DNA of 64,000 bases from positions 637 to 64,636 of the forward strand of contig CAYWJX010000002.1 in NCBI GenBank assembly GCA_964459335.1, given 5' to 3'. Made by a program: the position numbers and the translations under genes. This DNA is from an uncultured Candidatus Saccharibacteria bacterium (GTDB lineage: Bacteria; Patescibacteriota; Minisyncoccia; Phycocordibacterales; SBAW01). Of the stretch, positions 13,991 through 22,818 are shown in pieces. Every line of letters starts with the position of its first letter. Position 1 is the stretch's first letter. The notes below the pieces were generated by a model. The model was not told where the DNA came from, searched no databases, and was given only the letters and a program-made list of their open reading frames with translations.

Positions 13991-16372
13991 ATGCACTCTA
14001 GTATTCCCAGGCTAGTAGTGACATCGGCCGTCGTCGGCATCTTTTCACTCCTTGCGTTGCTTGCGTTTTTTGTGGTTGATACTCGCATTACCTATGCGGC
14101 GGGTAACTTGGTTCCAAATGGTAATTTAGAAACACCAAGCAGCACCTCCTCCTCCACACCCGCAGGGTGGAGCAGCGATTCTTGGGGTACGATGACCGTC
14201 ACGTTTACCTATCCGGTGCCGGGCATGGGCGGGGGGAGTGCGGCACAGGTCGCCATCACAAAATATACCTCAGGTGACGCCAAGTGGTACTTCAATAATA
14301 TTCCGGTAACAGCAGGCACCACCTACCAACTAAGCGATAACTACTCAAGCAATGTCGTCACGGAAGTCGATGTCGACTTTCATCTGTCCAACGGTACCGA
14401 AAGCTACCTCTGGATAGCAAATCCCGCCACAACAACAGCCGGTGCGTGGGGGAGCTTTAGCGGCCAAGTAACCGCGCCTTCTAATGCGGTGTCTATGACC
14501 GTGTTACATCTCCTACAGAGCGTCGGCACGCTCACCATAGACAATATGTCGGTTACCTCTGGCACGGCACCGCCTCCGGCGCCGACCTGTACGCTCACCG
14601 CCAGCCCGACTTCCATACAAGCAGGACAGTCGAGTACTCTCGCATGGACCTCGCAAAATGCAAGCACTACGAGCATTACAGGGCTTGGTTCGGTGGCGGT
14701 AAGCGGGAGCGCTTCGGTATCGCCGACGGCGACTACCACTTACACGGGTACTTTTGCGGGAGCGGGGGGCACCACCACATGCGCTGCCATAGTCGATGTA
14801 ATTGTGCCGCAAGCGCCTCCGCCGACCATCTCTTCATTTACCGCAAATCCACAAACTATTCCGACGGGTAATAGTTCAACACTTTCGTGGTCCGTCAACG
14901 GCGCAACATCGCTCACTATCGACCAGGGCATTGGTACCGTGCTTGGCACGAGCAGTGAGGTTGTCTCGCCGACGGCGACCACCACCTATACACTCACTGC
15001 GAGCAATGCGAACGGCACTACCACCGCGACTGCCGTGGTGGCTGTAATCGTTTCGCAACCGCCTCCTCCGCCGACCAATCTGATCCCCAACGCCAACTTT
15101 GCGGCGGGCACGACCAACAATCCCACCGGCTGGAACGCCGATTACTGGGGTTCGCTAAAAACAAAGTTTACCTATCCTGTCACCGGTGCCGATGGCACAA
15201 CAAGCAAAGCGGCGCAAATAGTCGTTACCGCGTATAAGAGCGGCGATGCCGACTGGGATTTCAATCCGGTTTCGGTAACCCCCGGCCAGATCTACACTTT
15301 TACCGACAAATATATGGCGACGGTCGAAACTGAAATCGATGTGCAGTACGTAGTAGTAAAGGCGGACACTATCGCCGGCGAGTGCTCGCCGGATTCAAAT
15401 GCAAGCTATGTAGATTGTGCCGAAGTGATATCTTCCGCTGTCCCCGTGTCATCAAGTTTTACCGCTTTTTCGGGAGTCATCTCTCCGCCCGCCGGCACCG
15501 TTTCAATGACCGTGCTCCATATGCTCATTTCAAACGGCACACTTGCCGTCACCGACTACTCGCTTACCCCCGGAGTCGATCCCGCGCTCATATATCCGCA
15601 GGGTATAGTCTCGCTGACGTTCGATGACGGCTATCTCGACCACTACACCAACGCTCTCCCCATTCTGCAAAGCGCTTCCGGCGGCGCTCTGCACGGCACC
15701 TTCTATATGATCCCTGACGATACGGTGGATAAAACACAAACCGGCTACATGACAATCGCGCAAATGCTTCAAATGCAGACCGCGGGCAACGACATGGCTT
15801 CCCATACCGCGGATCATTGCGACTTGGTGGCGTTGTATAACAATCCAAAGTCGGCTACCGACGGAGGAAGGCCATCGGGTGTTGCAGGCACTCCCGGCAT
15901 CGGATGTCCCGACCACGCGCTCAAAGCGGCCACCACCTCGCAGGCGGAGATAACAAATTCTAAGATTGAACTTCAGGGCTTTGGCGCATCCCCGGATAAT
16001 AATCTTGCATATCCGTTTGGTTCTTACAATAATGCCGTGGAACAACAGGTTAAAAATGGCGGTTTTCTCGCCGCTCGCACCATTGACGTAGGATATAACA
16101 CTAAAGCGACAAACCCATATGCGCTTGTTGTGCAAGATTTGGATGACACAACGACCGTTGCGACGGTCCAGTCTTGGATAGATACTGCGATGGCAAATAA
16201 AGTGTGGCTCATTCTGGTATTCCATCAGATCGAATCAAATCCCGCCAACTTCAACGACTCGTACGCCGAGACTCCCATCACATTACAGGGCATAGTAAAT
16301 TATCTTGCTCAAAAGCATACGTGCGTGCTCACGGTAGGGCAAGTTGTCAGCAATAAAACGTCTTGCCCGTAA
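13991..16372 (+). CDS. secreted multidomain polysaccharide deacetylase (CBM-like, two Ig-like repeats, CBM-like, C-terminal NodB/CE4)
   Basis: 793 aa. Signal/anchor at the N-terminus. Two ~85-aa repeats (TLTASPTSIQAGQSSTLAWTS... / SFTANPQTIPTGNSSTLSWSV...TATTTYTLTA). Two similar GNLVPNGNLE / NLIPNANFA galactose-binding-like modules. C-terminal LTFDDGY, ASHTADH, LAYPFGSYN. Confidence 0.75.
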   Translation: MHSSIPRLVVTSAVVGIFSLLALLAFFVVDTRITYAAGNLVPNGNLETPSSTSSSTPAGWSSDSWGTMTVTFTYPVPGMGGGSAAQVAITKYTSGDAKWYFNNIPVTAGTTYQLSDNYSSNVVTEVDVDFHLSNGTESYLWIANPATTTAGAWGSFSGQVTAPSNAVSMTVLHLLQSVGTLTIDNMSVTSGTAPPPAPTCTLTASPTSIQAGQSSTLAWTSQNASTTSITGLGSVAVSGSASVSPTATTTYTGTFAGAGGTTTCAAIVDVIVPQAPPPTISSFTANPQTIPTGNSSTLSWSVNGATSLTIDQGIGTVLGTSSEVVSPTATTTYTLTASNANGTTTATAVVAVIVSQPPPPPTNLIPNANFAAGTTNNPTGWNADYWGSLKTKFTYPVTGADGTTSKAAQIVVTAYKSGDADWDFNPVSVTPGQIYTFTDKYMATVETEIDVQYVVVKADTIAGECSPDSNASYVDCAEVISSAVPVSSSFTAFSGVISPPAGTVSMTVLHMLISNGTLAVTDYSLTPGVDPALIYPQGIVSLTFDDGYLDHYTNALPILQSASGGALHGTFYMIPDDTVDKTQTGYMTIAQMLQMQTAGNDMASHTADHCDLVALYNNPKSATDGGRPSGVAGTPGIGCPDHALKAATTSQAEITNSKIELQGFGASPDNNLAYPFGSYNNAVEQQVKNGGFLAARTIDVGYNTKATNPYALVVQDLDDTTTVATVQSWIDTAMANKVWLILVFHQIESNPANFNDSYAETPITLQGIVNYLAQKHTCVLTVGQVVSNKTSCP

Positions 16373-16386
16373 CCGGCCGACGCACC

Positions 16387-17388
16387 TTACATCGCTAAAA
16401 TATTTTTTGATTCTCCCTTCTCAAATGCGACGATATTTTCTATCGTGGTGTCGAGGATGCGGCGTATCGCCTCGCCCGTGTCAAACGCAATGTGCGGCGT
16501 GATAATCACGCGCGGATGGGTCATCAGATAATGATTTTCGAGCACCACTTTAAGCTCCTCCTCTTTTGGATGCGCTCCGGTGAGGAGCCGGAGTTCGTCG
16601 TTCATGTCGCCCTCCTCCTCAAGCACATCGAGCCCGGCGCCCGCGAGCGTGCCGTTTTTTAATGCCGCGATGATAGCCTCGGTTTCCACCACCGCGCCGC
16701 GCGCGGTGTTGATCAGATACGCGCCTTTTTTAATGAGCGAAATATTTTGCAGGTTTATAAGATGATGGGTGTGCTCGTTGTAGGGGACATGGAGCGTGAT
16801 GATGTCGGATTGTGCGAGTAGCTCCTCGAGTGTTGCATAGGTAAAGTTGTTTTCTTTTGCGAGCGCCTCGTCGCGGTGCGTATCAAACACCACCGCTCGC
16901 ATGCCAAAGCCGTTGGCGATTTTAATGGTATAGAAACCGATGTGTCCGCCTCCGACCACGCCGATGGTTTTGCCCTGCAAATCAAATCCGGTGAGGTTTG
17001 CCTGCGAAAAAGAGCCGCTCTCGGCTACGCGCTCATGCGCCTCGCACACGCGGCGTGAGAGCGCGAGGATGAGCGCAAATGCAAACTCGGCTACCGTGTT
17101 GACGCCATAAGAGGGGACACTTGCCACCGCGACGCCGCGCTTTTTAGCCTCTACCAAGTCGATATGGTCAAAGCCGGTTGAGCGCGTGGCAATGAGTTTG
17201 AGTTTTGGATAGGCGTCAAACACGGGAGCATCAACGCGGCCGTTAACAAAGGTACAAAGTATCTCGGCCTCGGCGTCTCCTGCATTGTCTTGTACCACGC
17301 CGAGTTTAAAAACAATATCCAAGCCCGGCAGACGTTCTCTTATGTGAGCTTCCTCCCAAGCCTCCTGTCCAAAATATACGAGTTTCAT
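16387..17388 (-). CDS. D-isomer-specific 2-hydroxyacid dehydrogenase (D-lactate/glycerate dehydrogenase family)
   Basis: 333 aa. NAD-binding GKTIGVVGGGHIGFYTI, INTARG, catalytic-region PHIAF. Confidence 0.85.
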   Translation of the reverse strand: MKLVYFGQEAWEEAHIRERLPGLDIVFKLGVVQDNAGDAEAEILCTFVNGRVDAPVFDAYPKLKLIATRSTGFDHIDLVEAKKRGVAVASVPSYGVNTVAEFAFALILALSRRVCEAHERVAESGSFSQANLTGFDLQGKTIGVVGGGHIGFYTIKIANGFGMRAVVFDTHRDEALAKENNFTYATLEELLAQSDIITLHVPYNEHTHHLINLQNISLIKKGAYLINTARGAVVETEAIIAALKNGTLAGAGLDVLEEEGDMNDELRLLTGAHPKEEELKVVLENHYLMTHPRVIITPHIAFDTGEAIRRILDTTIENIVAFEKGESKNILAM

Positions 17389-17404
17389 ATTTTAATACTA
17401 TACC

Positions 17405-18037
17405 TTACGCGTTTACGTTTGACTCGACTTGGCGCGCTTCTTTACTGAGCATTTTGCCATCCTCGTCTACTTGGTAGAGCACGACCGCGCCAAAGAGTGT
17501 CTCGACATCGCGCGCACGCTCGTTTGGTATCGACTCCATATACATGGTGAGCGCGCGCAAGCTGTTACCATGCGCAACCACAAGTACATTTTTACCCTCT
17601 TTGAGGAGCGGCACAATGGTGCCCTGATAAAACGGCACGACGCGCTCATATACCATCTTTAATGTCTCGCCGTTTGGTATAGGATAATTCCAATCGCGGC
17701 GTATGTGGTCAAACGTTTCTTCGCCGAGCTCTTTTTTTATGTCCCATTTATTTTTGCCGGTGTAGTCGCCGTAGTCGCGTTCGTTCAACGCCGCAGTATG
17801 TTCTATGGGCACGCGTGTGTCTCCCGCGGCATGGAGCATCGCTTCGAGCGTCTCTTCGGCGCGCACCAAGGTTGAGGTGTAGACGCAGTCGATGCGCGTG
17901 TCTTTGAGCAAGCGCCCCATCTCCTCCGACTTTTCAAACCCGTACGGTGTTAAATGCACGTCGCGCAAACCGGTCCAAAGCCCGAGCTTGTTCCACTCCG
18001 ACTCGTGATGCCGCGCAATAATGAGCGTCCCCTTCAT
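17405..18037 (-). CDS. gpmA: 2,3-bisphosphoglycerate-dependent phosphoglycerate mutase
   Basis: 210 aa. LIIARHHESEWNKLGLWTG...VVAHGNSLRAL is very close to dPGM, but the signature reads RHH rather than RHG. Confidence 0.8.
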   Translation of the reverse strand: MKGTLIIARHHESEWNKLGLWTGLRDVHLTPYGFEKSEEMGRLLKDTRIDCVYTSTLVRAEETLEAMLHAAGDTRVPIEHTAALNERDYGDYTGKNKWDIKKELGEETFDHIRRDWNYPIPNGETLKMVYERVVPFYQGTIVPLLKEGKNVLVVAHGNSLRALTMYMESIPNERARDVETLFGAVVLYQVDEDGKMLSKEARQVESNVNA

Positions 18038-20488
18038 TTATTTATTTTCAAGCTCCTGCTCTTTTTTTGCAATGGCAACGGTCGTGCTGACAACCGTGTC
18101 GGGGTTGAGCGAGATACTTTCGATGCCCCTTTCGACAAGAAATGTCGCAAAATCGGGATAATCGGACGGGGCTTGGCCACAAATGCCGATATATTTGCTA
18201 CGCGCGCGGCAGGTGCCGATGATGTCGGCGATAAGTTTTTTGACCGCATCGTTATTTTCGTTGGATACTTTGCTGACAATACCCGAGTCGCGGTCGAGAC
18301 CAAGCGTTAGTTGAGTGAGATCGTTGGAGCCGATGGACATCCCGTCAAAAATATCCAAAAAGGCGTCGGCGAGAAGCACGTTGGAGGGGATCTCGCACAT
18401 CACATAGATTGGCGTCTCGTGTGTGCGGTCGCCCTGTATCGACTCGGGTTTGTGATGCAGGATGTAATTGGTCACCAGCCCCACCTCGGCCATTGCCTCC
18501 TGGGTTTTGATGCCTTCTTCCACCGTCCGGCAAAAGGGAACCATCGGGATGACGTTGGTAAGACCCATGTCTTCGCGCACCGCTTTGATTGCCGTCGCCT
18601 CAAGGAGAAATGCCGGTTTAAACTTTGGGTCGTAATACCGCGAAGCGCCGCGCCAGCCGATCATCGGATTTTCTTCTTTCGGCTCATACTGCTCGCCGCC
18701 GAGCAGTGTCCGGTATTCGTTTGTTTTAAAGTCGGAAAATCGCACGATGACCTTGTGCGGATAAAACGCCGCGCCGATTTTTGCGATACCAAACGCAAGG
18801 TTGTCGACGTAATATTTTTTTGGATCTTCCCACCCGCTCATCTTGGCTTCGATGGCCTTTCGCACCGCGGGCGTCTGGCTCTTCAAGTTGAGGAGCGCCA
18901 TCGGATGCAACCCCATCTTTGACGCGATGATAAACTCTTCGCGCGCCAACCCCACGCCTTGATTGGGCAAAAACGAAGTCTCAAACGCGCTATCCGGAAT
19001 TGCCACATTGACCATCACTTTTGTCCTGGGTTGCGGGATTGTTTTGAGATCGTGCTCGACCACTTTAAACTTGAGGAAGCCTTTGTAAATGTTCCCGGCG
19101 CTCCCGGTGGTGTCGACCGTTATTTGGTCGCCTGTTTTGATAAGTTTGGTCGCTTTTTCGGTGCCCACCACGGCGGGGATGCCGAGCTCGCGGCTCACAA
19201 TTGCCGCATGCGATGTCCTGCCGCCTTTGTCCGTCACAATGGCGGAGGCGATTTTCATAATCGGCTCCCAATCGGGGTCGGTCATCGTCGTCACCAAAAT
19301 CTCTCCTTTTTTAAAGTCGCCAATGTGCTTTGCGTCGAGGATGACGTGCGCTTTGCCGGTGGCAATTTTTGACCCGACCGACGCGCCCATCACGATGACC
19401 GGCTTTTTTTCGAGCGGCAAAAATTCTTTGATTTTGGAAAAATCGCGGCCCGCTTGGATGGTCTCCGGCCGCGCCTGCACGATAAACAATTCACCGGTCG
19501 TGCCGTCTTTGGCCCATTCCATATCCATCGGCGTCCATTTGTGGTAGTGCTCCGTGTAATGCTGTTCGATAATCGTGCCCCAGCGCGCGAGCTTGGCCAC
19601 CTCGTCGTCGGTTAACACAAAAGAGTTGCGCTCTTTTGTGGTGGTGGGAATGATCTTCGTTTGCTGTATGGTGTTCCCGTGGTGATAAATCATCTTGCGC
19701 AACTTGACGCCGATTCTTTTTTCGATAATCGGGCGGGCAACGTTTTTTGCAAGGCCCTCCTTCCACACGATAAACTCGTCGGGCGTCACCTCGCCTTTAA
19801 CGATCATCTCGCCCAAGCCCCATGAGCCATTGATGAGCACGATGTTGCGGAAGCCGGACTCGGTGTCGACGGTAAACATGACGCCCGAGCATGCTTTGTC
19901 GGAGCGGACCATTTTTTGCACGCCGGCCGACAGCGCAATTTTGAGGTGGTCGAATCCGCGATCGGCGCGATAGGAGATTGCGCGGTCGGTAAAAAGCGAT
20001 GCCATGGTGGCGCGGACGGCAACGAGCACCTCGGGGGCTCCGCGGATGCCCAAATAACTTTCTTGTTCGCCGGCAAAGCTCGCGCCCGGCAGGTCTTCGG
20101 CCGTGGCGCTCGAGCGCACCGCGACGTCGGCATTTTTGCCGTAACGTTTTTCCAACTCATGATAGCCGCGCACAATTTCGTCCTGCAAATCTTGGGGGAA
20201 CGCGGTGCGCAGGATGGCGGTGCGGACAATCTTGCCGCGGCGTTGGAGCTCTTTGAGGTTTTTGGTGTCGAGGCCCTTGAGCGTTTTGCGGATAAGCTCA
20301 TCCAAACCGGTACTCTCTAAAAAATAAAAATAGGCCGAAGCCGTCACGATAAATCCGCTCGGGACCGGGACGCCTTTTGCGGCGAGTGTTTGGATCATTT
20401 CACCCAACGAGGCGTTTTTACCTCCCACCGAGCCCACATCTTGTATGCCGACTTCCTCAAACGTGACGATATGCTTTTTTGAATCCAT
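18038..20488 (-). CDS. ppsA: phosphoenolpyruvate synthase (pyruvate, water dikinase)
   Basis: 816 aa. VGGKNASLGEM, phospho-His region GGRTSHAAIVSRELGIPAVVG, C-terminal PEP-utilising TIM-barrel motifs GSNDLTQ. Confidence 0.9.
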   Translation of the reverse strand: MDSKKHIVTFEEVGIQDVGSVGGKNASLGEMIQTLAAKGVPVPSGFIVTASAYFYFLESTGLDELIRKTLKGLDTKNLKELQRRGKIVRTAILRTAFPQDLQDEIVRGYHELEKRYGKNADVAVRSSATAEDLPGASFAGEQESYLGIRGAPEVLVAVRATMASLFTDRAISYRADRGFDHLKIALSAGVQKMVRSDKACSGVMFTVDTESGFRNIVLINGSWGLGEMIVKGEVTPDEFIVWKEGLAKNVARPIIEKRIGVKLRKMIYHHGNTIQQTKIIPTTTKERNSFVLTDDEVAKLARWGTIIEQHYTEHYHKWTPMDMEWAKDGTTGELFIVQARPETIQAGRDFSKIKEFLPLEKKPVIVMGASVGSKIATGKAHVILDAKHIGDFKKGEILVTTMTDPDWEPIMKIASAIVTDKGGRTSHAAIVSRELGIPAVVGTEKATKLIKTGDQITVDTTGSAGNIYKGFLKFKVVEHDLKTIPQPRTKVMVNVAIPDSAFETSFLPNQGVGLAREEFIIASKMGLHPMALLNLKSQTPAVRKAIEAKMSGWEDPKKYYVDNLAFGIAKIGAAFYPHKVIVRFSDFKTNEYRTLLGGEQYEPKEENPMIGWRGASRYYDPKFKPAFLLEATAIKAVREDMGLTNVIPMVPFCRTVEEGIKTQEAMAEVGLVTNYILHHKPESIQGDRTHETPIYVMCEIPSNVLLADAFLDIFDGMSIGSNDLTQLTLGLDRDSGIVSKVSNENNDAVKKLIADIIGTCRARSKYIGICGQAPSDYPDFATFLVERGIESISLNPDTVVSTTVAIAKKEQELENK

Positions 20489-20541
20489 GATCCTTACTGA
20501 TTACGAACAAATAATAATAGTACTTATTTATTACTATGATA

Positions 20542-21813
20542 TCACACGGCAAGCTGCTTCTCGATTTCCATGAGCCGGTTATATTTGCACACGCGCTCGC
20601 CGCGCATGAGCGAGCCGCTCTTTATAAGCGGACACGCAAGCCCCACCGCAAAGTCGGCAATAAAGGTGTCGGTTGTCTCTCCCGAGCGATGCGAGGCAAA
20701 CGGTTTCCATCCTTGTTTTTTGGTGAGCAGGACAGCTTCGATGGCTTCGGTGACGGTGCCAATTTGATTGGGTTTAATCAAAACCGCGTTAACGGCATTT
20801 TTTTCGATAGCGGTTTGTATCCTTTGTATAGTAGTCACGAGCAAATCATCGCCCACGATTATGGTTGCTTGCGGTGAGCCTGTCGAATCCGTGTCGCCCA
20901 TCGCTTGTGTGAGCGATGTAAATCCATCCCAATCGTCCTCGGCAAGGCCATCTTCAATCAACATGAGCGGATACTGTGCTGCGAGCGATTGATACCATAC
21001 AATAAGCTCGGCGCTCGAAAGTGTTTTTGCTTCGCCGTTTATCTTAAGCGTATATTTTCCGTCATTATAAAAACTCGAGGCCGCGGCATCGATACCAATT
21101 TTTACCTGTTCGGTGTTATAACCCGCAAGCTCAATCGCCGCGACCATTAACTCGAGTGCCTCTTCGTTGGAGTGGAGTTTGGGCGCAAAGCCGCCCTCGT
21201 CGCCAACGCCGGTGGAGTATCCTTTTTGGGTAAGCAAATCATGGAGTGTATGGAGAATCTCCGAGCCGACGCGCACCTTTTCGGCAAAAGTATCAAATGC
21301 AACGGGTGCAAGCATAAACTCTTGTATATCGAGGCCGCTGTCCGCGTGTTTGCCGCCGTTTAAAATGTTAAACATCGGCTGGGGCAGGGCAGGAGCACTG
21401 TTGCCGGCCAAATTCCCCAAGTGCGCGTAGAGAGGCGCGCCTTTTTCCTCGGCGCACGCGCGGGCAAATGCCATTGAGATACCAAGCAAAGCATTGGCTC
21501 CAAGGCGCGACTTGTTGGGCGTGCCATCGAGCCCTCGTAAAAAAGAATCCAGCTCAGCTTGCTCAAATGTTTTGCCAAGCAAAGCGTTGCGCAGCTCGTC
21601 GTTGACGTTGGCCACAGCCTTGTGCACGCCGCGGCCAAAGTAGCGATGCGGGTCATTGTCGCGGAGCTCCAAAGCCTCGTGGCTCCCGGTGCTTTTGCCG
21701 GATGGTACCGAGGCAACAGCCGACACAGTATCGAGGCCGAGCACAACCTCAAGGGTCGGCTCGCCCCGAGAGTCCAAAATTTCCCGAGCCCGAAGTGTGC
21801 GTATAGTTGCCAT
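20542..21813 (-). CDS. eno: enolase
   Basis: 423 aa. REILDSRGEPTLEV, SGKSTGSHEALELRD, LIKPNQIGTVTE, SHRSGETTDTFIADFAVG. Confidence 0.95.
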   Translation of the reverse strand: MATIRTLRAREILDSRGEPTLEVVLGLDTVSAVASVPSGKSTGSHEALELRDNDPHRYFGRGVHKAVANVNDELRNALLGKTFEQAELDSFLRGLDGTPNKSRLGANALLGISMAFARACAEEKGAPLYAHLGNLAGNSAPALPQPMFNILNGGKHADSGLDIQEFMLAPVAFDTFAEKVRVGSEILHTLHDLLTQKGYSTGVGDEGGFAPKLHSNEEALELMVAAIELAGYNTEQVKIGIDAAASSFYNDGKYTLKINGEAKTLSSAELIVWYQSLAAQYPLMLIEDGLAEDDWDGFTSLTQAMGDTDSTGSPQATIIVGDDLLVTTIQRIQTAIEKNAVNAVLIKPNQIGTVTEAIEAVLLTKKQGWKPFASHRSGETTDTFIADFAVGLACPLIKSGSLMRGERVCKYNRLMEIEKQLAV

Positions 21814-21969
21814 GCAGTAATAATGTCTCGTTTCTTACTATACACCTTTTTGTGCCCTATTTTAGACTGTTGTTTTGGTTGTCCCCACTTTCATTGACAA
21901 TTCACTTGGCCTGGATATACTGTAGGGGTCATTCGAGAACGTCCACGCGCAAGCGGGGGCGTTTTCATT

Positions 21970-22626
21970 TTATGTGCTCGCTGGTATTACTTTTTTGATT
22001 GTATCCTTTATGTCTTTTAGCGAAGTATAGATGACCTTATCAGGTTTTTCTTTAATGAGCGCCTGCAATTTTGTAGAGAATCTAGAAACGAGTACTCCGG
22101 CCTGTGTAACTTTTCCTGCATAGGAGACCACCTCGACTCTCTCCACTCCCTTCTCCAACGCTCTGCGTATGAGATACTCAAAATCCCCATCGGCAGTAAA
22201 TATCATTAACTCTACCTCGGGAGCTGATTTTTCGATTGCATCGACGGATAGTTCCACATCACAATTTGATTTTTTGGTATGACCCATATTTACGGTGTGT
22301 ATGTTGTCTTTACCGCACCCAAAACATTTAAGAGCAATTATTTTGTCTTTATTTTTATAGTAATACGTAACCTTGCTTCTCACCGTGCAACAACCCATTT
22401 TGGAAAGAGCTTCAAATTCATTGGCGGTTTCTATGTCGCCTTGGTCAATGCCGGTGTAAAGAAAAATCTCAGTGCAAGACCTCTTATTTTTTAAGTAGTC
22501 GCAGAGTTTGCTCCAGTCAATAACAATCCCGAGTATGTGCTCCGCAGTACTCGCCGTATTGTGGACGTCTATAAAGGCGTATCTCTTCATCGGCTCACAT
22601 TGTACGCGCATAGTCTTTATTTGCAA
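21970..22626 (-). CDS. NYN-domain (LabA/DUF88-like) putative ribonuclease with inserted Cys pair
   Basis: 218 aa. AFIDVHN, KKSNCDVELSVDAI, IFTADGDFEYLI match the NYN pattern; insert CFGCG. TTG start at 22626 preceded by GGAG; ATG 22590 is an alternative. AT-rich relative to neighbours. Confidence 0.6.
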   Translation of the reverse strand: MQIKTMRVQCEPMKRYAFIDVHNTASTAEHILGIVIDWSKLCDYLKNKRSCTEIFLYTGIDQGDIETANEFEALSKMGCCTVRSKVTYYYKNKDKIIALKCFGCGKDNIHTVNMGHTKKSNCDVELSVDAIEKSAPEVELMIFTADGDFEYLIRRALEKGVERVEVVSYAGKVTQAGVLVSRFSTKLQALIKEKPDKVIYTSLKDIKDTIKKVIPAST

Positions 22627-22712
22627 TTAAAACACTCTCCCCAGAGTTACCAACACCCCCCCATGACGCTTGATTTATATAGTATGATTACTGTGTGAAC
22701 AATCCCTTTTTA

Positions 22713-22722
22713 CCCCCCCCCC
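22713..22722 (+). repeat. homopolymeric C10 tract at the 5' end of the tail-fibre-like gene (a C7 tract also at 22656-22662)
   Basis: Counted directly: tacccccccc|cctcg gives C at 22713-22722. Confidence 0.95.
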
Positions 22723-22818
22723 TCGCGCTTCCGCTTTAGCATAGCCGCAGTTCTTCTCGTCCTCTGTCTCACCATTGTCAGCGCGCCGCGTGCCCGCGCT
22801 GCAAGTTTCAGCGACTAC

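Noticed and set aside
21920-21969. Terminator downstream of the NYN-domain gene (CGCCCCCGC-TTGC-GCGTGGACG on the minus strand)
   Set aside because: The stem has two mismatches in nine pairs and no convincing U-run. It is too weak to call without transcript data.
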